Assembly: GCF_036365525.1 (NCBI RefSeq)
Contig: NC_090399.1
Location: 59,118,430-59,182,429 of the forward strand
Source: Heterodontus francisci
Taxonomy: Eukaryota
DNA length: 64,000 nucleotides
Direction: 5' to 3'
Numbering within the stretch: the first letter of the stretch is position 1; each line of letters begins with the position of its first letter. The notes under the pieces are model-generated. The model made no database searches, was not told the origin of the DNA, and saw only the letters and a list, made by a program, of their open reading frames with translations. Shown here piece after piece: positions 36,401-51,211 of this stretch. Both the position numbers and the translations under genes were made by a program.

Positions 36401-39400
36401 ATAAAGGTGAGACTGAATACAGTGATACAGAGAGACACAAACAGAGGAGATTGATAAAGGTGAGACTGAATACAGTGATACAGAGAGACACAAACAGAGG
36501 GTGATTGATAAAGGTGAGACTGAATACAGTGATACAGAGAGACACAAATAGAGGAGATTGATAAAGGTGAGACTGAATACAGTGATACAGAGTGAGACAC
36601 ACAAACAGAGGGTGATTGATAAAGGTGAGAGTGAATGCAGTGATACAGAGAGACACAAACAGAGGAGATTGATAAAGGTGAGACTGAATACAGTGATACA
36701 GAGAGACACAAACAGAGGGTGATTGATAAAGGTGAGACTGAATACAGTGATACAGAGAGACACAAACAGAGGAGATTGATAAAGGTGAGACTGAATACAG
36801 TGAGACAGAGAGACACAAACAGAGGGTGATTGATAAAGGTGAGACTGAATACAGTGATACAGAGAGACACAAACAGAGGGTGATTGATAAAGGTGAGACT
36901 GAATACAGTGATACAGAGAGACACAAGCAGAGGTGATTGATAAAGGTGAGACTGAATACAGTGATACAGAGAGTCACAAACAGAGGGTGATTGATAAAGG
37001 TGAGACTGAATACAGTGATACAGAGAGACACAAACAGAGGGTGATTGATAAAGGTGAGACTGAATACAGTGATACAGAGAGACACAAGCAGAGGAGATTG
37101 ATAAAGGTGAGACTGAATACAGTGATACAGAGAGACACAAACAGAGGAGATTGATAAAGGTGAGACTGAATACAGTGATACAGAGAGTCACAAACAGAGA
37201 GTGATTGATAAAGCTGAGACTTGAACACAGTGATACAAAGAGTCACAAACAGAGAATGATTGATAAAGGTGAGACTGAATACAGTGATACAGAGAGACAC
37301 AAACAGAGAGTGATTGACAAAGGTGAGACTGAATACAGTGATACAGAAAGACACAAAAAGAGGGTGATTGATAAAGATGAGACTGAATACAGTGATACAA
37401 AGAGTCACAAACAGAGAATGATTGATAAAGGTGAGACTGAATACAGTGATACAGAGAGACACAAACAGAGAGTGATTGATAAAGGTGAGACTGAATACAG
37501 TGATACAGAAAGACACAAAAAGAGGGTGATTGATAAAGATGAGACTGAATACAGTGATACAAAGAGTCACAAACAGAGAATGATTGATAAAGGTGAGACT
37601 GAATACAGTGATACAGAGAGACACAAACAGAGAGTGATTGAAAAAGGTGAGACTGAATACAGTGATACAGAAAGACACGAAAAGAGGGTGATTGATAAAG
37701 GTGAGACTGAACACAGTGATACAGAGAGACACAAATAGAGAGTGATTGATAAAGGTGAGACTGAATACAGTGATACAGAGAGACACAAACAGAGAGTGAT
37801 TGATAAAGGTGAGAGTGAATACAGTGATACAGAGAGACACAAACAGAGAGTGATTGATAAAGGTGAGACTGAATACAGTGATACAGAGAGACACAAACAG
37901 AGGGTGATTGATAAAGGTGAGACTGAATACAGTGATACAGAGAGACACAAACAGAGGGTGATTGATAAAGGTGAGACTGAATAGAGTGATACAGAGAGAC
38001 ACAAACAGAGGAGATTGATAAAGGTGAGAATGAATACAGTGATACAGAGAGACACAAACAGAGGAGATTGATAAAGGTGAGACCGAATACAGTGATACAG
38101 AGTGAGACACACAAACAGAGGGTGATTGATAAAGGTGAGAGTGAATGCAGTGATACAGAGAGACACAAACAGAGAGTGATTGATAAAGGTGAGACTGAAT
38201 ACAGTGATACAGAGAGACACAAACAGAGGGTGATTGATAAAGGTGAGACTGAATACAGTGATACAGAGAGACACAAACAGAGGAGATTGATAAAGGTGAG
38301 ACTGAATACAGTGATACAGAGAGACACAAACAGAGGAGATTGATAAAGGTGAGACTGAATACAGTGATACAGAGAGACACAAACAGAGGGTGATTGATAA
38401 AGGTGAGACTGAATACAGTGATACAGAGAGACACAAACAGAGGGTGATTGATAAAGGTGAGACTGAATACAGTGATACAGAGAGACACAAACAGAGGAGA
38501 TTGATAAAGGTGAGACTGAATACAGTGATACAGAGAGTCACAAACAGAGAGTGATTGATAAAGGTGAGACTGAATACAGTGATACAGAGAGACACAAAAA
38601 GAGGGTGATTGATAAAGATGAGACTGAATGCAGTGATACAAAGAGTCACAAACAGAGAATGATTGATAAAGGTGAGACTGAATACAGTGATACAGAGAGA
38701 CACAAACAGAGAGTGATTGATAAAGGTGAGACTGAATAGAGTGATACAGAGAGACACAAACAGAGGGTGATTGATAAAGGTGAGACTGAATACAGTGATA
38801 CAGAGTGAGACACACAAACAGAGGGTGATTGATAAAGGTGAGAGTGAATGCAGTGATACAGAGAGACACAAACAGAGGAGATTGATAAAGGTGAGACTGA
38901 ATACAGTGATACAGAGAGACACAAACAGAGAGTGATTGATAAAGGTGAGACTGAATACAGTGATACAGAGAGACACAAACAGAGGGTGATTGATAAAGGT
39001 GAGACTGAATACAGTGATACAGAGAGACACAAACAGAGGAGATTGATAAAGGTGAGACTGAATACAGTGATACAGAGAGACACAAACAGAGGGTGATTGA
39101 TAAAGGTGAGACTGAATACAGTGATACAGAGAGACACAAACAGAGGGTGATTGATAAAGGTGAGACTGAATACAGTGATACAGAGAGACACAAGCAGAGG
39201 AGATTGATAAAGGTGAGACTGAATACAGTGATACAGAGAGTCACAAACAGAGAGTGATTGATAAAGGTGAGACTGAATACAGTGATACAGAGAGACACAA
39301 ACAGAGGAGATTGATAAAGGTGAGACTGAATACAGTGATACAGAGAGACACAAACAGAGGGTGATTGATAAAGGTGAGACTGAATACAGTGATACAGAGA

Positions 39401-42400
39401 GACACAAATAGAGGAGATTGATAAAGGTGAGACTGAATAGAGTGATACAGAGAGACACAAACAGAGGGTGATTGATAAAGGTGAGACTGAATACAGTGAT
39501 ACAGAGTGAGACACACAAACAGAGGGTGATTGATAAAGGTGAGAGTGAATGCAGTGATACAGAGAGACACAAACAGAGGAGATTGATAAAGGTGAGACTG
39601 AATACAGTGATACAGAGAGACACAAACAGAGGGTGATTGATAAAGGTGAGACTGATTACAGTGATACAGAGAGACACAAACAGAGGAGATTGATAAAGGT
39701 GAGACTGAATACAGTGATACAGAGAGACACAAACAGAGGGTGATTGATAAAGGTGAGACTGAATACAGTGATACAGAGAGACACAAACAGAGGGTGATTG
39801 ATAAAGGTGAGACTGAATACAGTGATACAGAGAGACACAAGCAGAGGAGATTGATAAAGGTGAGACTGAATACAGTGATACAGAGAGTCACAAACAGAGA
39901 GTGATTGATAAAGGTGAGACTGAATACAGTGATACAGAGAGACACAAACAGAGGAGATTGATAAAGGTGAGACTGAATACAGTGATACAGAGAGTCACAA
40001 ACAGAGAGTGATTGATAAAGCTGAGATTTGAGCACAGTGATACAAAGAGTCACAAACAGAGAATGATTGATAAAGGTGAGACTGAATACAGTGATACAGA
40101 GAGACACAAACAGAGAATGATTGATAAAGGTGAGACTGAATACAGTGATACAGAGAGACACAAACAGAGAGTGATTGATAAAGGTGAGACTGAATACAGT
40201 GATACAGAAAGACACAAAAAGAGTGTGATTGATAAAGATGAGACTGAATACAGTGATACAAAGAGTCACAAACAGAGAATGATTGATAAAGGTGAGACTG
40301 AATACAGTGATACAGAGAGACACAAACAGAGGAGATTGATAAAGGTGAGACTGAATACAGTGATACAGAGAGTCACAAACAGAGAGTGATTGATAAAGCT
40401 GAGACTTGAACACAGTGATACAAAGAGTCACAAACAGAGAATGATTGATAAAGGTGAGACTGAATACAGTGATACAGAGAGACACAAACAGAGAGTGATT
40501 GATAAAGGTGAGACTGAATACAGTGATACAGAAAGACACAAAAAGAGGGTGATTGATAAAGATGAGACTGAATACAGTGATACAAAGAGTCACAAACAGA
40601 GAATGATTGATAAAGGTGAGACTGAATACAGTGATACAGAGAGACACAAACAGAGAGTGATTGATAAAGGTGAGACTGAATACAGTGATACAGAAAGACA
40701 CAAAAAGAGGGTGATTGATAAAGATGAGACTGAATACATTGATACAAAGAGTCACAAACAGAGAATGATTGATAAAGGTGAGACTGAATACAGTGATACA
40801 GAGAGACACAAACAGAGAGTGATTGATAAAGGTGAGACTGAATACAGTGATACAGAAAGACACAAAAAGAGGGTGATTGATAAAGATGAGACTGAATACA
40901 GTGATACAAAGAGTCACAAACAGAGAATGATTGATAAAGGTGAGACTGAACACAGTGATACAGAGAGACACAAACAGAGGAGATTGATAAAGGTGAGACT
41001 GAATACAGTGATACAGAGAGTCACAAACAGAGAGTGATTGATAAAGCTGAGACTTGAACACAGTGATACAAAGAGTCACAAACAGAGAATGATTGATAAA
41101 GGTGAGACTGAATACAGTGATACAGAGAGACACAAACAGAGAGTGATTGATAAAGGTGAGACTGAATACAGTGATACAGAAAGACACAAAAAGAGGGTGA
41201 TTGATAAAGATGAGACTGAATACAGTGATACAAAGAGTCACAAACAGAGAATGATTGATAAAGGTGAGACTGAATACAGTGATACAGAGAGACACAAACA
41301 GAGAGTGATTGATAAAGGTGAGACTGAATACAGTGATACAGAAAGACACAAAAAGAGGGTGATTGATAAAGATGAGACTGAATACAGTGATACAAAGAGT
41401 CACAAACAGAGAGTGATTGATAAAGGTGAGACTGAATACAGTGATACAGAAAGACACAAAAAGAGGGTGATTGATAAAGATGAGACTGAATACAGTGATA
41501 CAAAGAGTCACAAACAGAGAATGATTGATAAAGGTGAGACTGAATACAGTGATACAGAGAGACACAAACAGAGAGTGATTGATAAAGGTGAGACTGAATA
41601 CAGTGATACAGAAAGACACGAAAAGAGGGTGATTGATAAAGGTGAGACTGAATACAGTGATACAGAGAGACACAAATAGAGAGTGATTGATAAAGGTGAG
41701 ACTGAATACAGTGATACAGAGAGACACAAACAGAGAGTGATTGATAAAGGTGAGAGTGAATACAGTGATACAGAGAGACACAAACAGAGAGTGATTGATA
41801 AAGGTGAGACTGAATACAGTGATAGAGAGAGACACAAACAGAGGGTGATTGATAAATGTGAGACTGAATACAGTGATACAGAGAGACACAAACAGAGGGT
41901 GATTGATAAAGGTGAGACTGAATAGAGTGATACAGAGAGACACAAACAGAGGAGATTGATAAAGGTGAGAATGAATACAGTGATACAGAGAGACACAAAC
42001 AGAGGAGATTGATAAAGGTGAGACTGAATAGAGTGATACAGAGTGAGACACACAAACAGAGGGTGATTGATAAAGGTGAGAGTGAATGCAGTGATACAGA
42101 GAGACACAAACAGAGAGTGATTGATAAAGGTGAGACTGAATACAGTGATACAGAGAGACACAAACAGAGGAGATTGATAAAGGTGAGACTGAATACAGTG
42201 ATACAGAGAGACACAAACAGAGAGTGATTGATAAAGGTGAGAGTGAATGCAGTGATACAGAGAGACACAAACAGAGGGTGATTGATAAAGGTGAGACTGA
42301 ATACAGTGATACAGAGAGACACAAACAGAGGAGATTGATAAAGGTGAGACTGAATACAGTGATACAGAGAGACACAAACAGAGGAGATTGATAAAGGTGA

Positions 42401-45400
42401 GACTGAATACAGTGATACAGAGAGACACAAACAGAGGGTGATTGATAAAGGTGAGACTGAATACAGTGATACAGAGAGACACAAACAGAGGGTGATTGAT
42501 AAAGGTGAGACTGAATACAGTGATACAGAGAGACACAAACAGAGGAGATTGATAAAGGTGAGACTGAATACAGTGATACAGAGAGTCACAAACAGAGAGT
42601 GATTGATAAAGGTGAGACTGAATACAGTGATACAGAGAGACACAAAAAGAGGGTGATTGATAAAGATGAGACTGAATACAGTGATACAAAGAGTCACAAA
42701 CAGAGAATGATTGATAAAGGTGAGACTGAATACAGTGATACAGAGAGACACAAACAGAGAGTGATTGATAAAGATGAGACTTGAATACAGTGATACAGAG
42801 AGACACAAACAGAGAGTGATTGATAAAGGTGAGACTGAATAGAGTGATACAGAGAGACACAAACAGAGGGTGATTGATAAAGGTGAGACTGAATACAGTG
42901 ATACAGAGTGAGACACACAAACAGAGGGTGATTGATAAAGGTGAGAGTGAATGCAGTGATACAGAGAGACACAAACAGAGGAGATTGATAAAGGTGAGAC
43001 TGAATACAGTGATACAGAGAGACACAAACAGAGAGTGATTGATAAAGGTGAGACTGAATACAGTGATACAGAGAGACACAAACAGAGGGTGATTGATAAA
43101 GGTGAGACTGAATACAGTGATACAGAGAGACACAAACAGAGGAGATTGATAAAGGTGAGACTGAATACAGTGATACAGAGAGACACAAACAGAGGGTGAT
43201 TGATAAAGGTGAGACTGAATACAGTGATACAGAGAGACACAAACAGAGGGTGATTGATAAAGGTGAGACTGAATACAGTGATACAGAGAGACACAAACAG
43301 AGGAGATTGATAAAGGTGAGACTGAATACAGTGATACAGAGAGTCACAAACAGAGAGTGATTGATAAAGGTGAGACTGAATACAGTGATACAGAGAGACA
43401 CAAACAGAGGAGATTGATAAAGGTGAGACTGAATACAGTGATACAGAGAGACACAAACAGAGGGTGATTGATAAAGGTGAGACTGAATACAGTGATACAG
43501 AGAGACACAAATAGAGGAGATTGATAAAGGTGAGACTGAATAGAGTGATACAGAGAGACACAAACAGAGGGTGATAGATAAAGGTGAGACTGAATACAGT
43601 GATACAGAGTAAGACACACAAACAGAGGGTGATTGATAAAGGTGAGAGTGAGTGCAGTGATACAGAGAGACACAAACAGAGGAGATTGATAAAGGTGAGA
43701 CTGAATACAGTGATACAGAGAGACACAAACAGAGGGTGATTGATAAAGGTGAGACTGAATACAGTGATACAGAGAGACACAAACAGAGGAGATTGATAAA
43801 GGTGAGACTGAATACAGTGATACAGAGAGACACAAACAGAGGGTGATTGATAAAGGTGAGACTGAATACAGTGATACAGAGAGACACAAACAGAGGGTGA
43901 TTGATAAAGGTGAGACTGAATACAGTGATACAGAGAGACACAAGCAGAGGAGATTGATAAAGGTGAGACTGAATACAGTGATACAGAGAGTCACAAACAG
44001 AGAGTGATTGATAAAGGTGAGACTGAATACAGTGATACAGAGAGACACAAACAGAGGAGATTGATAAAGGTGAGACTGAATACAGTGATACAGAGAGTCA
44101 CAAACAGAGAGTGATTGATAAAGCTGAGACTTGAACACAGTGATACAAAGAGTCACAAACAGAGAATGATTGATAAAGGTGAGACTGAATACAGTGATAC
44201 AGAGAGACACAAACAGAGAGTGATTGACAAAGGTGAGACTGAATACAGTGATACAGAAAGACACAAAAAGAGGGTGATTGATAAAGATGAGACTGAATAC
44301 AGTGATACAAAGAGTCACAAACAGAGAATGATTGATAAAGGTGAGACTGAATACAGTGATACAGAGAGACACAAACAGAGAGTGATTGATAAAGGTGAGA
44401 CTGAATACAGTGATACAGAAAGACACAAAAAGAGGGTGATTGATAAAGATGAGACTGAATACAGTGATACAAAGAGTCACAAACAGAGAATGATTGATAA
44501 AGGTGAGACTGAATACAGTGATACAGAGAGACACAAACAGAGAGTGATTGATAAAGGTGAGAGTGAATACAGTGATACAGAGAGACACAAACAGAGAGTG
44601 ATTGATAAAGGTGAGAGTGAATACAGTGATACAGAGAGACACAAACAGAGAGTGATTGATAAAGGTGAGACTGAATACAGTGATACAGAGAGACACAAAC
44701 AGAGGGTGATTGATAAAGGTGAGACTGAATACAGTGATACAGAGAGACACAAACAGAGGGTGATTGATAAAGGTGAGACTGAATAGAGTGATACAGAGAG
44801 ACACAAACAGAGGAGATTGATAAAGGTGAGAATGAATACAGTGATACAGAGAGACACAAACAGAGGAGATTGATAAAGGTGAGACTGAATACAGTGATAC
44901 AGAGTGAGACACACAAACAGAGGGTGATTGATAAAGGTGAGAGTGAATGCAGTGATACAGAGAGACACAAACAGAGAGTGATTGATAAAGGTGAGACTGA
45001 ATACAGTGATACAGAGAGACACAAACAGAGGGTGATTGATAAAGGTGAGACTGAATACAGTGATACAGAGAGACACAAACAGAGGAGATTGATAAAGGTG
45101 AGACTGAATACAGTGATACAGAGAGACACAAACAGAGGAGATTGATAAAGGTGAGACTGAATACAGTGATACAGAGAGACACAAACAGAGGGTGATTGAT
45201 AAAGGTGAGACTGAATACAGTGATACAGAGAGACACAAACAGAGGGTGATTGATAAAGGTGAGACTGAATACAGTGATACAGAGAGACACAAACAGAGGA
45301 GATTGATAAAGGTGAGACTGAATACAGTGATACAGAGAGTCACAAACAGAGAGTGATTGATAAAGGTGAGACTGAATACAGTGATACAGAGAGACACAAA

Positions 45401-48400
45401 AAGAGGGTGATTGATAAAGATGAGACTGAATGCAGTGATACAAAGAGTCACAAACAGAGAATGATTGATAAAGGTGAGACTGAATACAGTGATACAGAGA
45501 GACACAAACAGAGAGTGATTGATAAAGGTGAGACTGAATACAGTGATACAGAGAGACACAAACAGAGGGTGATTGATAAAGGTGAGACTGAATACAGTGA
45601 TACAGAGTGAGACACACAAACAGAGGGTGATTGATAAAGGTGAGAGTGAATGCAGTGGTACAGAGAGACACAAACAGAGGAGATTGATAAAGGTGAGACT
45701 GAATACAGTGATACAGAGAGACACAAACAGAGAGTGATTGATAAAGGTGAGACTGAATACAGTGATACAGAGAGACACAAACAGAGGGTGATTGATAAAG
45801 GTGAGACTGAATACAGTGATACAGAGAGACACAAACAGAGGAGATTGATAAAGGTGAGACTGAATACAGTGATACAGAGAGACACAAACAGAGGGTGATT
45901 GATAAAGGTGAGACTGAATACAGTGATACAGAGAGACACAAACAGAGGGTGATTGATAAAGGTGAGACTGAATACAGTGATACAGAGAGACACAAACAGA
46001 GGGTGATTGATAAAGGTGAGACTGAATACAGTGATACAGAGAGACACAAATAGAGGAGATTGATAAAGGTGAGACTGAATAGAGTGATACAGAGAGACAC
46101 AAACAGAGGGTGATTGATAAAGGTGAGACTGAATACAGTGATACAGAGTGAGACACACAAACAGAGGGTGATTGATAAAGGTGAGAGTGAATGCAGTGAT
46201 ACAGAGAGACACAAACAGAGGAGATTGATAAAGGTGAGACTGAATACAGTGATACAGAGAGACACAAACAGAGGGTGATTGATAAAGGTGAGACTGAATA
46301 CAGTGATACAGAGAGACACAAACAGAGGAGATTGATAAAGGTGAGACTGAATACAGTGATACAGAGAGACACAAACAGAGGGTGATTGATAAAGGTGAGA
46401 CTGAATACAGTGATACAGAGAGACACAAACAGAGGGTGATTGATAAAGGTGAGACTGAATACAGTGATACAGAGAGACACAAGCAGAGGAGATTGATAAA
46501 GGTGAGACTGAATACAGTGATACAGAGAGTCACAAACAGAGAGTGATTGATAAAGGTGAGACTGAATACAGTGATACAGAGAGACACAAACAGAGGAGAT
46601 TGATAAAGGTGAGACTGAATAGAGTGATACAGAGAGACACAAACAGAGGAGATTGATAAAGGTGAGAATGAATACAGTGATACAGAAAGACACAAAAAGA
46701 GGGTGATTGATAAAGATGAGACTGAATACAGTGATACAAAGAGTCACAAACAGAGAATGATTGATAAAGGTGAGACTGAATACAGTGATACAGAAAGACA
46801 CAAAAAGAGGGTGATTGATAAAGATGAGACTGAATACAGTGATACAAAGAGTCACAAACAGAGAATGATTGATAAAGGTGAGACTGAATACAGTGATACA
46901 GAGAGACACAAACAGAGAGTGATTGATAAAGGTGAGAGTGAATACAGTGATACAGAGAGACACAAACAGAGAGTGATTGATAAAGGTGAGAGTGAATACA
47001 GTGATACAGAGAGACACAAACAGAGAGTGATTGATAAAGGTGAGACTGAATACAGTGATACAGAGAGACACAAACAGAGGGTGATTGATAAAGGTGAGAC
47101 TGAATACAGTGATACAGAGAGACACAAACAGAGGGTGATTGATAAAGGTGAGACTGAATAGAGTGATACAGAGAGACACAAACAGAGGAGATTGATAAAG
47201 GTGAGAATGAATACAGTGATACAGAGAGACACAAACAGAGGAGATTGATAAAGGTGAGACTGAATACAGTGATACAGAGTGAGACACACAAACAGAGGGT
47301 GATTGATAAAGGTGAGAGTGAATGCAGTGATACAGAGAGACACAAACAGAGAGTGATTGATAAAGGTGAGACTGAATACAGTGATACAGAGAGACACAAA
47401 CAGAGGGTGATTGATAAAGGTGAGACTGAATACAGTGATACAGAGAGACACAAACAGAGGAGATTGATAAAGGTGAGACTGAATACAGTGATACAGAGAG
47501 ACACAAACAGAGGAGATTGATAAAGGTGAGACTGAATACAGTGATACAGAGAGACACAAACAGAGGGTGATTGATAAAGGTGAGACTGAATACAGTGATA
47601 CAGAGAGACACAAACAGAGGGTGATTGATAAAGGTGAGACTGAATACAGTGATACAGAGAGACACAAACAGAGGAGATTGATAAAGGTGAGACTGAATAC
47701 AGTGATACAGAGAGTCACAAACAGAGAGTGATTGATAAAGGTGAGACTGAATACAGTGATACAGAGAGACACAAAAAGAGGGTGATTGATAAAGATGAGA
47801 CTGAATGCAGTGATACAAAGAGTCACAAACAGAGAATGATTGATAAAGGTGAGACTGAATACAGTGATACAGAGAGACACAAACAGAGAGTGATTGATAA
47901 AGGTGAGACTGAATACAGTGATACAGAGAGACACAAACAGAGGGTGATTGATAAAGGTGAGACTGAATACAGTGATACAGAGTGAGACACACAAACAGAG
48001 GGTGATTGATAAAGGTGAGAGTGAATGCAGTGATACAGAGAGACACAAACAGAGGAGATTGATAAAGGTGAGACTGAATACAGTGATACAGAGAGACACA
48101 AACAGAGAGTGATTGATAAAGGTGAGACTGAATACAGTGATACAGAGAGACACAAACAGAGGAGATTGATAAAGGTGAGACTGAATACAGTGATACAGAA
48201 AGACACAAAAAGAGTGTGATTGATAAAGATGAGACTGAATACAGTGATACAAAGAGTCACAAACAGAGAATGATTGATAAAGGTGAGACTGAATACAGTG
48301 ATACAGAGAGACACAAACAGAGAGTGATTGATAAAGGTGAGACTGAATACAGTGATACAGAAAGACACAAAAAGAGGGTGATTGATAAAGATGAGACTGA

Positions 48401-50130
48401 ATACAGTGATACAAAGAGTCACAAACAGAGAATGATTGATAAAGGTGAGACTGAACACAGTGATACAGAGAGACACAAACAGAGGAGATTGATAAAGGTG
48501 AGACTGAATACAGTGATACAGAGAGTCACAAACAGAGAGTGATTGATAAAGCTGAGACTTGAACACAGTGATACAAAGAGTCACAAACAGAGAATGATTG
48601 ATAAAGGTGAGACTGAATACAGTGATACAGAGAGACACAAACAGAGAATGATTGATAAAGGTGAGACTGAATACAGTGATACAGAGAGACACAAACAGAG
48701 AGTGATTGATAAAGGTGAGACTGAATACAGTGATACAGAAAGACACAAAAAGAGGGTGATTGATAAAGGTGAGACTGAATACAGTGATCCAGAGAGACAC
48801 AAACAGAGAGTGATTGATAAAGGTGAGACTGAATACAGTGATACAGAGAGACACAAACAGAGAGTGATTGATAAAGGTGAGACTGAATACAGTGATACAG
48901 AGAGACACAAAAAGAGGGTGATTGATAAAGGTGAGACTGAATAAAGTGATCCAGAGAGACACAAACAGAGAGTGATTGATAAAGGTGAGACTGAATACAG
49001 TGATACAGAGAGACACAAAATGAGGGTGATTGATAAAGGTGAGACTGAATACAGTGATACAGAGAGACACAAACAGAGAGTGATTGATAAAGGTGAGACT
49101 GAATACAGTGATACAGAGAGACACAAAAAGAGGGTGATTGATAAAGGTGAGACTGAATACAGTGATACAGAGAGACACAAACAGAGAGTGATTGATAAAA
49201 GTGAGACTGAATACAGTGATACAGAGAGACACAAACAGAGGGTGATTGATAAAGGTGAGACTGAATACAGTGATACAGAGAGACACAAACAGAGGGTGAT
49301 TGATAAAGGTGAGACTGAATAGAGTGATACAGAGAGACACAAACAGAGGAGATTGATAAAGGTGAGACTGAATACAGTGATACAGAGAGACACAAACAGA
49401 GAGTGATTGATAAAGGTGAGAATGAATACAGTGATACAGAGAGACACAAACAGAGAGTGATTGATAAAGGTGAGAGTGAATACAGTGATACAGTGTGAGA
49501 CACAAACAGAGAGTGATTGATAAAGGTGAGACTGAATACAGTGATACAGAGAGACACAAACAGAGGAGATTGATAAAGGTGAGAATGAATACAGTGATGC
49601 AGAGTGAGACGCACAAACAGAGGGTGATTGATAAAGGTAAGACTGAATACAGTGATACAGTGTGAGACACAAACAGAGGAGATTGATAAAGGTGAGAATG
49701 AATACAGTGATACAGAGAAACACAAACAGAGAGTGATTGATAAAGGTGAGAATGAATACAGTGATACAGAGAGACACAAACAGAGAGTGATTGATAAAGG
49801 TGAGAATGAATACAGTGATACAGAGTGAGACGCACAAACAGAGGAGATTGATAAAGGTGAGACTGAATACAGTGATACAGAGAGACACAAACAGAGGGTG
49901 ATTGATAAAGGTGAGACTGAATACAGTGATACAGTGTGAGACACAAACAGAGAGTGATTGATAAAGTTGAGACTGAATACAGTGATACAGAGAGACACAA
50001 ACAGAGGAGATTGATAAAGGTAAGACTGAATACAGTGATACAGAGTGAGACGCACAAACAGAGGGTGATTGATAAAGGTGAGACAGAATACAGTGGTACA
50101 GAGTGAGACACAAATAGAGGAGGTTGATAA
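33460..50130. repeat. 54-bp satellite array, ~16.7 kb, ~310 monomers, with higher-order structure
   Basis: Consensus gattgataaaggtgagactgaatacagtgatacagagagacacaaacagagggt; 53/55/56-bp variants. Confidence 0.98.
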
Positions 50131-50615
50131 ATGTGTATATATTGTAAAGTGCAGGGACATGGAATGGGATGGGTTTATTCCAGTTGACCTTGTACAGGGT
50201 AGGAAAGGAATCTGTGCTGTTTTGTGTAGAACAAATTGAGAATGAACAGGATCAGTAAAAGGAAATTATTCCACATGAGCCCAGAGTGGGACAGGCAGAC
50301 ACAGCCCGAATCTCACTGTATAAAGTAGTGGTCCTCAGACTGGGGCTCACTGGACCGCAGGATGTCTCTATTGCCTTTCCAGAGGGTTTGCTTCATAATC
50401 TCTGGCGTGGGACTGAGAGAGAAAAAACAGAAGGGGGAGAAAGGGAATGAACAATAAAAAGGCAAGCCGCCAGCTTTTTATGAATTAACAGTGGTTTGTG
50501 TTAGAACCTCACATTTACTTTCAATGGGAGTGAAGGTGGGAGGCCAGCTTCTGCTGTGATTCTCGGGTGCATTTAATTTTGACTCATGCAGTTAGCAAGT
50601 GCCATTATAATGCTA

Positions 50616-50754
50616 AAATAAAAGCAAAATACTGCAGATGCTGAAAATCTGAAATGAAAACAAAAATTGCTGGAAATTCTCAGCAGGTCTGGCAGCATCT
50701 GTGGAGAGAGAAGCAGAGTTAACGTTTCAGGTCAGTGACCTTTCATCAGAACAC
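50616..50754 (-). mobile_element. Penelope-type short insertion carrying a hammerhead ribozyme motif
   Basis: TSD ataatgcta (50607-50615, 50755-50763); minus strand reads CUGAUGA-A-AGGUC-ACU-GACCU-GAAA-CG-UU. Confidence 0.8.
50718..50752 (-). ncRNA. Minimal type I hammerhead ribozyme motif
   Basis: CUGAUGA core, 5-bp stem II, GAAA, palindromic ACGU stem III, GUU/AAC stem I. Confidence 0.7.
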
Positions 50755-51211
50755 ATAATGCTACCTGCCTGCTGAGCATTTCCACCATTTTATCTTGATA
50801 TTAATCTCTTGTTGGTTTAATTCTTATAATCATGGAAATTCTGTCAGTTGGCTGAACTAAAATCTTCCACCATATATATAAATCCCTTGCATTGTTAAAT
50901 AACACTGAAACTAGGCTGGGTTTGAACTGTTCTGTAAAATAATCCCAAGAATGTCACTTTCCAGTGAGTACTAGGTAATGGAATTAGAGGGAAAGGAACT
51001 CGTCTGTTTAAAGGATGTTTAAAAAAAAAAGTAACCTGCTTTGAGTCTGTTAAACGTCTGAAATGGTGTGACTGCTGCTAATACTGATTTAGCCAACAGC
51101 TGTTTGTATTGGATATGAACTGATTGTGTGTATAGACCATTAAGAAACAATATTTAATGACATTAAAAGCAGTTCAGTTGGCATCATTAGAATGTTAGCA
51201 GATCCGCACAG

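Noticed and set aside
33460-50130. CRISPR-like array
   Set aside because: Head-to-tail monomers without unique spacers; eukaryotic context; no cas genes
33177-50160. Very long ORFs (up to 1243 aa; SLCITVFSLTFINH.. and IDKGETEYSDTERHKQR.. repeats)
   Set aside because: Translations of a 54-bp satellite whose minus strand lacks stops; frames switch at 53/55/56-bp monomers; no unique coding ends
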